Shown here: positions 27,167 through 37,789 of the stretch, piece by piece
Numbering within the stretch: position 1 is the first letter of the stretch
Layout: the number at the start of each line of letters is the position of its first letter
Assembly: GCA_964586865.1 (NCBI GenBank)
Contig: CAZPJM010000002.1
Coordinates: forward strand, 463 to 64,462
DNA: 64,000 nt
Reading direction: 5' to 3'
DNA from: an uncultured Enterobacteriaceae bacterium
GTDB taxonomy: Bacteria > Myxococcota_A > UBA796 > GCA-2862545
Made by a program: the position numbers and the translations under genes
The notes under the pieces: generated by a model
Told to the model about the DNA's origin: nothing
Database searches by the model: none
What the model saw: the letters and a program-made list of their open reading frames with translations, nothing else

Positions 27167-27394
27167 GGGGGCTCCGGGTGAGGGGGAAGGGCGGTCTGCA
27201 AGGTCGGGGCCACCGGTCTCGCGGGCCGGCGCCCGGCCTGGGACGCCCGGGGGACCGGATCCCGCCAGGGGAGCCTGTGCGCGAGGTTACACACCGTGGG
27301 TCCTCTCGCACACCCACCCCCCTCTCAGGCCCGCGCTCCACGGCCTCGGCCACCCGGCACGGACCCTGCATCCCAGGCTTCCACGGAGGTGCCC

Positions 27395-27652
27395 ATGACC
27401 CTGCACACCAGCCCCGACGTCCACGCCGTGCTGGATCTGCTCACCGCCCAGGTGGCCGATCTCCTCGACGACGAGGTGGGACGGCTCAACTACCTGCGGG
27501 TCTGCTGCCCCGAGCACCTGGTCGACGAGGTGGCCCAGACGCTGCCGACCACCCTCAACCAGCTCGGGCTCGACTTCATCGATGTCGAGGTCGCGCCCGG
27601 CTGCACGCCGCCCTTCATCGCGACCTCCCGCTTCGACGCCGGCTGGGCCTGA
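27395..27652 (+). CDS. hypothetical protein (85 aa)
   Basis: The ATG at 27395 has GGAGG 6 nt upstream. Third-position GC bias is strong. No family was recognised. Confidence 0.5.
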   Translation: MTLHTSPDVHAVLDLLTAQVADLLDDEVGRLNYLRVCCPEHLVDEVAQTLPTTLNQLGLDFIDVEVAPGCTPPFIATSRFDAGWA

Positions 27653-27775
27653 GCCCGCTCGGCGCGGTCCTGCGGCGCGCATCATGCGCGACCTCGAGGT
27701 GGTGGCCGATCTGGCGCCCGTGCCCGACTGGCATCCCACCGCGGCCAACCTGGGCCCCCGGCCGGGCCGGGTCAT

Positions 27776-29652
27776 CTACGCGGGCTGATCCGCCTCGGGC
27801 GGTCCCCCGCCGTCCGCGGTGCCGGGAGCCACCGGCGCCCCCGGGGTGGTCCGGCCGGGCTCGTCGGGGACGATGGTGAAGCGGACGCGCTCCCGCTCCC
27901 GATCCACGCCGGGCTCCTCGGCGGCCCGGCCGCCGAGCCACTGCACCATCATCTCGGGCTCCCACGCGTAGACGCGCCCGTCGAGCAGGACCCGGCCCTG
28001 CTGGAGGGCCTGGGAGAGCACCGCGGGGGGCAGGTGCCCCAGGTCCCGGAAAAGGGCCTCGAAGCGCCCCTGCCGTGCATCGTCCACGAAGCGCACGCCC
28101 GAGCCGGGGGGCGGGGCCGTGTGGAAGAAGCTCGGCCGCCAGGCCACCCCATCGACCCCGACCCGCCGCGCCATCCGCTCGAGGAGCTCCACCACCTCGG
28201 GAGAGAGCCCGAGGCCGGGAACCTCCTGGCCCGGAAGCCGGGGCCGGGCCTCGCCGAAGGTCCCGATGGGATGCCGCAGCGTCAGCCAGTGCACGAAGAG
28301 GACCTGGGCCCCGTCCACCGCGCGACGGTCCACGACCGTCTCGCCGAGCAGGTGCTCCCGCCCCCGGCCGTCCGCGCCGAACAGCCGGATCCGCTCTCCC
28401 ACCCCCGACCGGTCCGTGTCGACCCGGAAGCGCCGGTAGCCCAGCCGCTCGAGCTGCTCCAGGATGCCGTACTGGTCGAGGGCATAGTGGATCCCCTCCC
28501 GGGTGTAGGTCCCGAGGACCCGGGCCTCGCCGGCGGGCCGCAGGCCCAGCTCCACCTCGAGGTCGCGGGCGCCGAGCCAGTCCTCCTCCTCCCCCTCCCC
28601 GTCCTGGCCGGCCCGGGCCCCCAGGCGTCGGGCGTCGAGCCGGCGGGCGATGGCGTCGAAGCGCATGTCGCGCGGGTCGCAGTCCTCGGGAATCGCGCGG
28701 CGCCCGAAGCCCGCCAGCGCCAGCCCGGTGCCCGCGAGCACCCGCCATGCCTCGGCGGTGTAGCCGCCGCCGGGCAGCCACACGGTGCCGACGCCGCGCA
28801 GGGCGTGGAGCACCCGCAGGTCGCGCCGACGGGCACCGCCGAGGGTCATTCCCAGCCGCCCGAAGCGGTCCTGGGCCAACACGTCGCCACCGGCGATGAC
28901 GAAGGCGAGCTCAGCGCGGGGCATGCGCCGAAGCAGGCCCTCCAGCTCGGCCAGGTAGGCGGTGTCGGGTGTCCCCGGCGGCAGCACCGTCTCGTCGGCG
29001 CCGGGAACGGGCCCCCAGTCCGAGCCCGACAGCGAGCCGATCCAGCACCGGGGATCCTCGGCCAGGCAGGCGGCGGTGCCGTCGGGCGGGTGGGCGTCCA
29101 GGTCCAGGATGCAGACCTGGCCCTCGAAGCCCTCGTGGCGGAGCACCGCCACCGCCGCCGCGATGTCGTTCACCGGGCAGAGGCCCCCGCCCTTGTCGGG
29201 GAAGGCGTGGTGGAAGCCGCCGAGGAGGGAGAGGCTGTGCTGCCGATGGGCCACCGCCAGCCGCGCCCCGGCCAGGGTGGCCCCGCAGGCGCGGCGGATG
29301 GCCCGCATGACCTCGTCGACGCGGATCTCGTGGGCGTCCACCTGGAAGACCTGGGTGATGGCACGCCCTGACGTCAGGCCCTCGAGGAGGGCGGCGGTGT
29401 GCACCCGGGCCAGGTCGGTGTAGCGGATCTCGGGCGGGCTCCGCAGGTCGTCCTCGTGGAGCCAGCCGTCGATGGTCAGGTACCAGGCCACGAAGTCGCT
29501 GCGCCGCACCTCGATGCCGTGGCGGGCGTTCAGCGAGGGGATCGGCAGCCGGAAGGAGGGGTCGTACCAGACCGGCACCCGGCCCGGGCCGCGGAGCTTC
29601 CGGCGCAGTCGCCGCCACCGCCGCGGCAGTCCCAGGCTCGGGGGTCGGGGCC

Positions 29653-29656
<4 letters not shown>
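27776..29656 (-). CDS. histone-deacetylase-family (HDAC/AcuC-like) enzyme fused to a ~310-aa uncharacterised C-terminal domain
   Basis: The catalytic set is intact: GGFHHA, ILDLDAH, AGGD, GGGY. The proposed GTG at 29656 overlaps the stop of the upstream activator gene (GTGA); GTG 29578 is an alternative. The C-terminal half is 27779-28708. Confidence 0.75.
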
Positions 29657-31053
<1,397 letters not shown>

Positions 31054-31326
31054 GAGGGCTCCAGAGGTCGGGGGCCGGGGCGCAGCAGGATCCGTGCCAG
31101 TCTCCACACTCCCGCCCCCTCCCGGAGAGGGCGCCGTGGACGGTCCGACCCACGCGTCCGCCGGGGGCGGGGCCGCGGGACGGCGGGGCACCTCCCACAC
31201 GGTATGTGCTTTCTCACACACCTGCCACAGGACGGTGCGCGCCGTTGCCGCGGGGCTCGCGGAGCGCGACCGGTTAACCGCGCCGTTCACGGGCCGACGG
31301 GCCCCCCATCCACCGGAGTCTCCGCC

Positions 31327-31548
31327 ATGCGCACCCTCCTGATGCTGTCCACCCTGGCCCTGGCCGCCTGCGGCGCCACCAACCCCAACCAGGAGAACTA
31401 CGACGCCGTCAAGCAGGAGTGGCGCGAGGCGAACGACTACGACGCCCACGGCGGTCATGGCGGCGACCACGGCGACGACCACGGGAAGAAGGGCGACGAC
31501 CACGGGAAGAAGGGCGACGACCACGGGAAGAAGGGCGACGACCACTGA
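31327..31548 (+). CDS. small His/Asp/Lys-rich repeat lipoprotein (73 aa)
   Basis: The signal and lipobox read MRTLLMLSTLALAAC. The C-terminus is HGGHGGDHGDDHGKKGDDHGKKGDDHGKKGDDH. Confidence 0.6.
   Translation: MRTLLMLSTLALAACGATNPNQENYDAVKQEWREANDYDAHGGHGGDHGDDHGKKGDDHGKKGDDHGKKGDDH
31474..31545 (+). repeat. perfect 21-bp tandem repeat (GACGACCACGGGAAGAAGGGC) x3 plus a 9-bp partial copy
   Basis: The units at 31474-31494, 31495-31515 and 31516-31536 are identical. They encode DDHGKKG. Confidence 0.95.
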
Positions 31549-31716
31549 GTCTCCCGCCCGTCGCCCGAACCGCCTCGGCCCCGCCACCCCACGGGGGGAC
31601 AGGGCCGGGCCAGCCTCATCCTGGGGCTTCTTCCTTCGCTTCGTCCTGCTCCGAGCCGTCGGGGTCGTGAGCTCGGCCCGGCTTGGGTACGGTGTCGCCT
31701 CATGGAGGAGGCACCC

Positions 31717-32079
31717 ATGCGGACCCTGTCCTGGCTCATCGTCGTCCCACTCGCCCTGCTCGCCTGCAATGGCGACGACAACGGAGGCGGGGACACCGAC
31801 CCCGAGGGCTTCACCCACCCCTCCCTCGACCTGACCGGCGACCCGGCGGCCGGGGCCGACGTCTACAGCAGCTCCTGCGCCTCCTGCCATGCCGCCGACG
31901 GCACGGGCGGTACCGGGAACGACCTCACCGCCTCGGTGCCCGGGCAGACCCGCGAGGAGCTCACCGAGATCCTGGTCGAGGGGATCGAAGGCACCTCGAT
32001 GGTCTCCTACGACGACATCCTGTCGGACCAGGAGATGGCCGACGTGGTGGCCTACATGCTCGACGAGTGGGGCTCGTAG
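31717..32079 (+). CDS. lipoprotein class I c-type cytochrome
   Basis: The heme motif is CASCH and the lipobox is LALLAC. GGAGGAGG lies upstream of the ATG at 31717; the track start at 31702 lies inside that SD. A distal Met is present (GTSMVSY). Confidence 0.8.
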   Translation: MRTLSWLIVVPLALLACNGDDNGGGDTDPEGFTHPSLDLTGDPAAGADVYSSSCASCHAADGTGGTGNDLTASVPGQTREELTEILVEGIEGTSMVSYDDILSDQEMADVVAYMLDEWGS

Positions 32080-32195
32080 GCCCGGGGAAGCGTCCCCTGC
32101 CCCACCATCCCCGATGACGCGCCGCACCCGTGCATGACACCGGGCGCGGCGCGCTCTAACGTCCGGCGACCCCGCGGTGCGGGGAAGGAGGCTGG

Positions 32196-32693
<498 letters not shown>

Positions 32694-32706
32694 CGGGGGG
32701 CCGGCC

Positions 32707-33576
32707 TCACCCGCCCGAGCCCCCGGGCGGGCGGCGCCAGGACACGAAGCCCCGGGCCTTGGGGTCGGGCTGGCAGGTCGGGCAGAAGAAGGCGTCGTGG
32801 CCCCGCACGCCCACCGTCCGGACGGTGTCGCCGCAGGTCGGGCAGGCCTCGCCCTTGCGGTTGCGGACCCGCAGGAAGTCCCGGACCTTCTCGTCGAGGG
32901 GCGGATCCCGGCGGGCGACCTCGGCGGTGGCCTCCCGCAGGGTCTCCACCATCGCCGCGTGCAGGCGACCCACCTCGTCCGCGTCGAGCTCCCGGCCCCG
33001 CCGCTTGGGGTGGATGCCGGCCCGGTGGAGGGCCTCGTCGGCATAGGCGTTCCCGAAGGCGTCGATGGCGGACTTGTCGAGGAGGACCAGCTTGATCTGG
33101 TCGCGACGCCGGCGCAGGAGGGCCCGAAGCGCCTCGGGGGTGAAGGCCTCCGGGTCCAGCACGTCGAGGCCGGCCGGGTGCCAGCCGGGGATCTGTTCCA
33201 GGCCATCGGTGGGCATGACGTAGACCTTGCCCATCTGCTTGTCATCGCGGTACCGGAGCTCCGGCCCCGCATCGAGCTGGAGCACCCAGCCCAGGGCCTT
33301 GCGGCGGCGGGTACCCGGCGCGGACAGGGTGAAGCGCCCGGCGAGCATGGGGTGGATGGCCACCGTCACGTCGCCGGGGTCGAGGTCGAGCACCACGAAG
33401 TGCAGGTGCCGACGGACCCCGGTGACGACCCGATCCACCAGGGGCTCGGCGGGCTCGCCCGGCACGCCCTGGCGGAGCAGGACGGGGTTGCAGACGTCGA
33501 CGCCCACGATGCGACGACCCGCCAGGGCCGCGTCGAGCTTGGGGATCACGTGGGCCAGATCGGGACGCTCGGGCAT
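32707..33576 (-). CDS. Fpg/Nei-family DNA glycosylase/AP lyase
   Basis: The N-terminus MPERPDL retains the catalytic Pro2/Glu3. The C-terminal zinc finger reads CPTCGDTV...FFCPTCQ. GGAG lies 6 nt upstream of the ATG at 33576. Confidence 0.8.
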   Translation of the reverse strand: MPERPDLAHVIPKLDAALAGRRIVGVDVCNPVLLRQGVPGEPAEPLVDRVVTGVRRHLHFVVLDLDPGDVTVAIHPMLAGRFTLSAPGTRRRKALGWVLQLDAGPELRYRDDKQMGKVYVMPTDGLEQIPGWHPAGLDVLDPEAFTPEALRALLRRRRDQIKLVLLDKSAIDAFGNAYADEALHRAGIHPKRRGRELDADEVGRLHAAMVETLREATAEVARRDPPLDEKVRDFLRVRNRKGEACPTCGDTVRTVGVRGHDAFFCPTCQPDPKARGFVSWRRPPGGSGG

Positions 33577-33646
33577 GCGGGCTCCGGGAGGCCCCCAGGG
33601 TAGCGTGGCCTCTCGGAGGCGACGGCCCCGCATCGGGGGGCGGGCC

Positions 33647-35050
33647 TCAGCCCAGGCCGGTCCGCGCCTCGAGCTCCCGGAGCCGGGCGTCGGCTTCGTC
33701 GACCCACGCCCGGACCCGCGGCTCGGCCAGCATCCGCCGCGGGGCCCCCACCTCGCCCACCACCCGCCCCCGGACCACCAGGGTGTGCAGGGCCGGCCCC
33801 ACCGCCCCGAAGGCCAGCGCCCGCAGGGGCTCCCGGGAGGGCCACAGGGCCGGATGACGACGATCCCACGCCGCCAGCGCGGCCCGGCACCCCGGGGCGA
33901 TGCGCCCGGTGGGCAGGCGGGGATGGAGGCCGCCGGGGACCTCCCAGACCGTGGAGAGGGCGGCGGCGGGCTCGGCGAAGGGGCGGCCGTCGTCCCAGCG
34001 CGCCCGTCGGTCGGCCTCGCGGGCCACGGTGGCGGCCGGCACGTCCCGGTCCAGGTGCTGCCGCAGGTCCCGGTCGAAGGTGGTGGCAAAGGCGGCGGCG
34101 TGCCCCAGCAGGAGCAGCTCGCGCTGCACATCCATGCCGTCGTTGCAGGCCCCGGCGTCGGTGCCGAGGGCCACCGGGAATCCATCCCCCGACCAGGCCG
34201 CCACGTGGGCGGGCACGGCGAACTGGAGCTGGGAGGCGGGGGTGTGCACCAGGACGTCCCGGGCGGGGTCGAGCCGGGTCCGATCCCGGGCGGAGACGTG
34301 GATCCCGTGGACCACCATCACCCGGGGCACCCCCTCCAGCGTGCCCTCGGCCACCAGCCGGGCCACCGGGCTCGCGAAGCCCCGCTCCCGGGCCCGCGCC
34401 ACCTCCTCGCCGGACTGGGCCACGTGGACGTGCACGGGCAGGCCCAGATCGCGCGCCACCGCCGTGAGCCGCGCCCAGAGCCCGGCGCTCACCGTGTCGG
34501 TGGCGTGAGGGCCCAGCGCCACCGCGATTCCGTCGCGGTCGGCCGCGTGCAGGTCGACCGCCTCCTGGAGGGAGGCCTCGGCCGCCCCACTCCCGGGCCC
34601 GGAGAGATCCTGGAGGGTGGGGGCCACGACCCCGTCCAGGCCCACGTCGTCCAGGGCGTCCGCCACGTCGCCGGCCGCGTAGTAGTGGTCGAAGACGGCC
34701 CCGGCCCCCGACAGGAGGCACTCGAGGGCGCCCATCCGGGCGAAGGCCCGCACGTCGGCGGGCTCGAGGGCGGCCTCCAGCCCGAACCAGAGATCCTCCA
34801 CCACGTTCCCGCGCCGCGCGGCATCACCGCCCAGGCCCCGCAGGGACGACATGGCCAGGTGGGTGTGGGCATTGACGAAGGCGGGGGCCAGAAGGGTGCC
34901 GGTCAGGTCCACATCGCCGAGGGACGGCGCCGCGCCGGCCTCCACCGCCGTGATCCAGCCGCCCTCGCAGCGCACCCGGGCCGGCCCGATCCGGGGGCCA
35001 TCGGGGCCGGGCAGCACGACCGCATCGCTCGCCAGCACCAGGGGGGTCAC
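33647..35050 (-). CDS. amidohydrolase-superfamily protein (chlorohydrolase/nucleoside-deaminase-like)
   Basis: The metal-binding motif reads FVNAHTHLAMS, and internal His/Asp motifs are conserved (VHVHVAQS, GTDAGACND). The start is GTG 35050, preceded by GGAGG. Confidence 0.75.
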   Translation of the reverse strand: MTPLVLASDAVVLPGPDGPRIGPARVRCEGGWITAVEAGAAPSLGDVDLTGTLLAPAFVNAHTHLAMSSLRGLGGDAARRGNVVEDLWFGLEAALEPADVRAFARMGALECLLSGAGAVFDHYYAAGDVADALDDVGLDGVVAPTLQDLSGPGSGAAEASLQEAVDLHAADRDGIAVALGPHATDTVSAGLWARLTAVARDLGLPVHVHVAQSGEEVARARERGFASPVARLVAEGTLEGVPRVMVVHGIHVSARDRTRLDPARDVLVHTPASQLQFAVPAHVAAWSGDGFPVALGTDAGACNDGMDVQRELLLLGHAAAFATTFDRDLRQHLDRDVPAATVAREADRRARWDDGRPFAEPAAALSTVWEVPGGLHPRLPTGRIAPGCRAALAAWDRRHPALWPSREPLRALAFGAVGPALHTLVVRGRVVGEVGAPRRMLAEPRVRAWVDEADARLRELEARTGLG

Positions 35051-35096
35051 GTCGCCTCCACCGGGAGCCTAGCCGAGACGCGGGGTGCGGGGTCGC

Positions 35097-35237
35097 CTAC
35101 TCCTCGTCGCGCAGCATCCGCTGGGGGGCGTCGTCCAGGTCGTCGAACTGGCCCTGGCCCACGGCCCACACGAAGAGGGCCACGAAGGCGCCGCCGAGCA
35201 CGAGGGCGATGGGCAGCAGGAAGTAGAGGGCGGTCAT
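35097..35237 (-). CDS. ccoS: cbb3 oxidase maturation protein CcoS/FixS
   Basis: The 46-aa protein is MTALYFLLPIALVLGGAFVALFVWAVGQGQFDDLDDAPQRMLRDEE. Its ATG overlaps the ccoI stop (ATGA). Confidence 0.85.
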   Translation of the reverse strand: MTALYFLLPIALVLGGAFVALFVWAVGQGQFDDLDDAPQRMLRDEE

Positions 35238-37642
35238 GCGGCCTCCAGGAGGGCGCGCGGGGGGGAGGAGGGGGCGGGCCGGACCCGGCGGGCCTCGGCG
35301 CGACGGACCTTGCGCTCGATCCCCAGGGCGCCGGCGATGACCAGGGCGCTGGAGAGGGGCATGAGGACGGCGGCCACCAGGGGGTTCACCAGCCCCAGGG
35401 CCGCCGCGGAGACGGCCACCACGTTGTAGACGAGGCTGCGGGTGATGTTGGTGCGCACCGCCCGCCGGGCGATCCGCGCCACCCGGGTCGCCGCCGCCAC
35501 CGGCGCCAGGGCCTGCTGGCCCACCACGCCGTCGGCCACCAGGACCGAGCTGGCGGCACCGGTGCCCATGGCCAGGCCCACGTCGGCGGCGGCCAGGGCG
35601 GGGCCGTCGTTGAGCCCATCGCCCACGAAGAGCACCCGGTGCCCGGCGGCCTGCCGGGCCTCGATCCAGGCCACCTTGGCGTCGGGGGTGCAGCGGGCGT
35701 GGACCCGGCCGATCCCGGCCTCGGCGGCGATGGCCTCGGCCACGGGCGCCTTGTCGCCGGTCAGCAGCACCGGATCCAGCCCCTGGCCCCGCAGGTCGGC
35801 CACCGCTCCGGGCGCATCGGAGCGCCGCCGGTCCCGCAGCCGGATGCGGCCCAGCTCCACCCGGCCCTCGCCGAGACCGCCCAGGGTGCCCGCCGCCAGG
35901 CGCCACAAGACCACCTCGCCGGGCTCGCCGGCCCGGAGGAAGAGCCGGGTCCCGTCGACCTCGCCGTCGATGCCGAGGCCGGCCTGCTCGGTGACGCGCA
36001 CCCCCACCGGGATGGGGATCCCCCGGGCGGTGGCGGCCTGCACGATGGCGCAGGCCACGGGATGGGCCGAGTGGCGCTCCAGGCCGGCGGCCAGGCGCAG
36101 GACGCCGTCCTCGGCCGCGACCACCTCGGGCACGCCCCCGGTCACGGTGCCGGTCTTGTCGAGGGCGACGGTGTCGACCTCGGCCAGCTCGAGGAGCGCC
36201 CCCCCGGACCGCAGCACCGCCCCCCGGCGGGCAGCGGCGCCGAGCCCCGCCGCCGAGGCCAGGGGCATGGAGAGGCCCAGGGCGCAGGGGCAGGCGGTGA
36301 CGAGCACCGCCACGGCGACCTGGAGCCCCGTGTCGGGGCCGACCAGCCAGGCCCAGGTCCCGAAGGCCAGGCCGGCCACGACCAGGGTGGCGGCCACGAA
36401 GGTGGGGGCGAGACGATCCACCGCCGACGGGCCCGCCCCCCGGTCGGTGGCGGCCTGGAGCTGGCGGGCCATCCGGGCGCCCACCGTGTCGGCCCCGACG
36501 GCCTCGACCCGCACGGTGACCGCGCCGGCCTCGACCACCGCCCCGGCCACGACCCGATCGCCGTCGCCCACCGCCACCGCCTCGGCCTCGCCGGTGACCA
36601 GGGCCATCTGGACCTGGGCCGCGCCGCCCGAGACGCGCCCATCGGCCGGGACCTCCTCGCCGGCGCCCACCTCGACCCGGTCGCCGATGGCGAGCTCCTG
36701 GACCGCCACGTCCTCCACGCCGGTCGGGGTGACGCGCCGGGCGCGCCCGGGCAGCCGGGCCGCCAGGGCCGAGGCCGCCTCGCCCGCGCGCTTGCGCCCC
36801 CGGGCCTCGAGGAAGCGCCCGCCCAGCAGCAAGGCGATGAGCATGGTCAGGCTGTCCAGGTAGGTGTCGGCGTGGAGCCAGGTGGCGGCGACGCCGTGGA
36901 CGAAGAGCACGCCGATGGCCAGGGCGATGGGCAGATCCATGTGCAGGACCCGGTGCCGCAGCCCGTTCCAGGCTCCCTGGAAGAAGGGGGCCGCCGCCCA
37001 GGTGACCGCCGGCGTCGCCAGCACGAGCTGGGTCCACCGCAGGAGCTGGGCGTGGCCGTCCGCCATGCCCTCCCACCAGCCGGCGTACAGGCTGGCCGAC
37101 AGCAGCATGACGTTGCCGGCCACGAAGGCGGCGAGCCCCAGGCGCACCAGCAGGTCCCGGTCCCCACGGGAGAGGGCGTCGGCGGGGCGCGGCCGGTAGC
37201 CGAGGGCCGCCACCCGGTGCACCACCCCGCCCAGGTCCACCCGGGCCGGGTCGAACCGGACCGTCGCCCGCCCGCTGGCGTAGCTCACGTGTGCGTCCAG
37301 GACGCCGTCGGTGCGGTGCAGGACCTGCTCGGTGACCCAGGTGCACGAGGCGCACCGCAGGCCATCCAGCGCGAAGGTGGCCTGGCAGGTGCCGTCGCGA
37401 AGGCCCTCCACCGGCAGCGCCTCCCAGTCCACCCGCCGGTCCGAGGGGCGGGGCGCCGGGGCCTCGCGCTCCTCGTAGTAGCGCTCCAGGCCGGCCCCGC
37501 TGATGATCCGCGCCGCCAGCTCGCAGCCGGCGCAGCAGTACACATCGGCCTCGCCCTCGACGGGCAGACCGCAGTGCGGGCACTGGGCCGTCACACCGGC
37601 CCGGCGGGGATCCAGGTTCACGCGGGCTCCAGGAGGGCCCAC
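35234..37642 (-). CDS. ccoI: copper-translocating P1B-type ATPase CcoI/FixI
   Basis: It has the CPC motif (CPCALGLS), DKTGT and GDGLNDGPAL, plus an N-terminal Cys-rich region (CPHCG...CCAGC). The start is GTG. Confidence 0.9.
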   Translation of the reverse strand: MGPPGARVNLDPRRAGVTAQCPHCGLPVEGEADVYCCAGCELAARIISGAGLERYYEEREAPAPRPSDRRVDWEALPVEGLRDGTCQATFALDGLRCASCTWVTEQVLHRTDGVLDAHVSYASGRATVRFDPARVDLGGVVHRVAALGYRPRPADALSRGDRDLLVRLGLAAFVAGNVMLLSASLYAGWWEGMADGHAQLLRWTQLVLATPAVTWAAAPFFQGAWNGLRHRVLHMDLPIALAIGVLFVHGVAATWLHADTYLDSLTMLIALLLGGRFLEARGRKRAGEAASALAARLPGRARRVTPTGVEDVAVQELAIGDRVEVGAGEEVPADGRVSGGAAQVQMALVTGEAEAVAVGDGDRVVAGAVVEAGAVTVRVEAVGADTVGARMARQLQAATDRGAGPSAVDRLAPTFVAATLVVAGLAFGTWAWLVGPDTGLQVAVAVLVTACPCALGLSMPLASAAGLGAAARRGAVLRSGGALLELAEVDTVALDKTGTVTGGVPEVVAAEDGVLRLAAGLERHSAHPVACAIVQAATARGIPIPVGVRVTEQAGLGIDGEVDGTRLFLRAGEPGEVVLWRLAAGTLGGLGEGRVELGRIRLRDRRRSDAPGAVADLRGQGLDPVLLTGDKAPVAEAIAAEAGIGRVHARCTPDAKVAWIEARQAAGHRVLFVGDGLNDGPALAAADVGLAMGTGAASSVLVADGVVGQQALAPVAAATRVARIARRAVRTNITRSLVYNVVAVSAAALGLVNPLVAAVLMPLSSALVIAGALGIERKVRRAEARRVRPAPSSPPRALLEAA

Positions 37643-37658
37643 CGGCTCCCCTCGGCGA

Positions 37659-37787
37659 TCACCGGTGCTGGGTGTTCGCGTACGAGGGGAGCGGCGCCTC
37701 GTGGGTCGAGACGGCCAGGTAGATGAAGATGCCGTCGACGAGGAAGAGGATGGCGAAGCCGATGGCGATGGCGATGGGCCAGCGCAT
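37659..37787 (-). CDS. 42-aa single-TM mini-protein, FixH/CcoH-like N-terminus (below the cutoff of the ORF track)
   Basis: My own translation is MRWPIAIAIGFAILFLVDGIFIYLAVSTHEAPLPSYANTQHR. GGAGG lies 8 nt upstream of the ATG at 37787. It sits between the ccoG stop (37790) and the ccoI start (37642). Confidence 0.5.
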   Translation of the reverse strand: MRWPIAIAIGFAILFLVDGIFIYLAVSTHEAPLPSYANTQHR

Positions 37788-37789
37788 GC

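Noticed and set aside
31223-31250. Sigma54-type -24/-12 promoter (CTGCCACAGGACGGTGCG, or GGTGCG-N5-TTGCC) upstream of the His-rich lipoprotein gene.
   Set aside because: The first candidate lacks the invariant GG. The second has GG-to-GC spacing one nucleotide too long. Other TGGCAC occurrences (for example near 58541 and 48190) lie inside coding regions.
32707-32760. GC hairpin CCCGCCCG-N6-CGGGCGGG after the cytochrome c gene as a terminator.
   Set aside because: It lies inside the C-terminal coding region of the convergent fpg/nei gene and has no T-tract, so it cannot be told apart from coding GC-rich self-complementarity.
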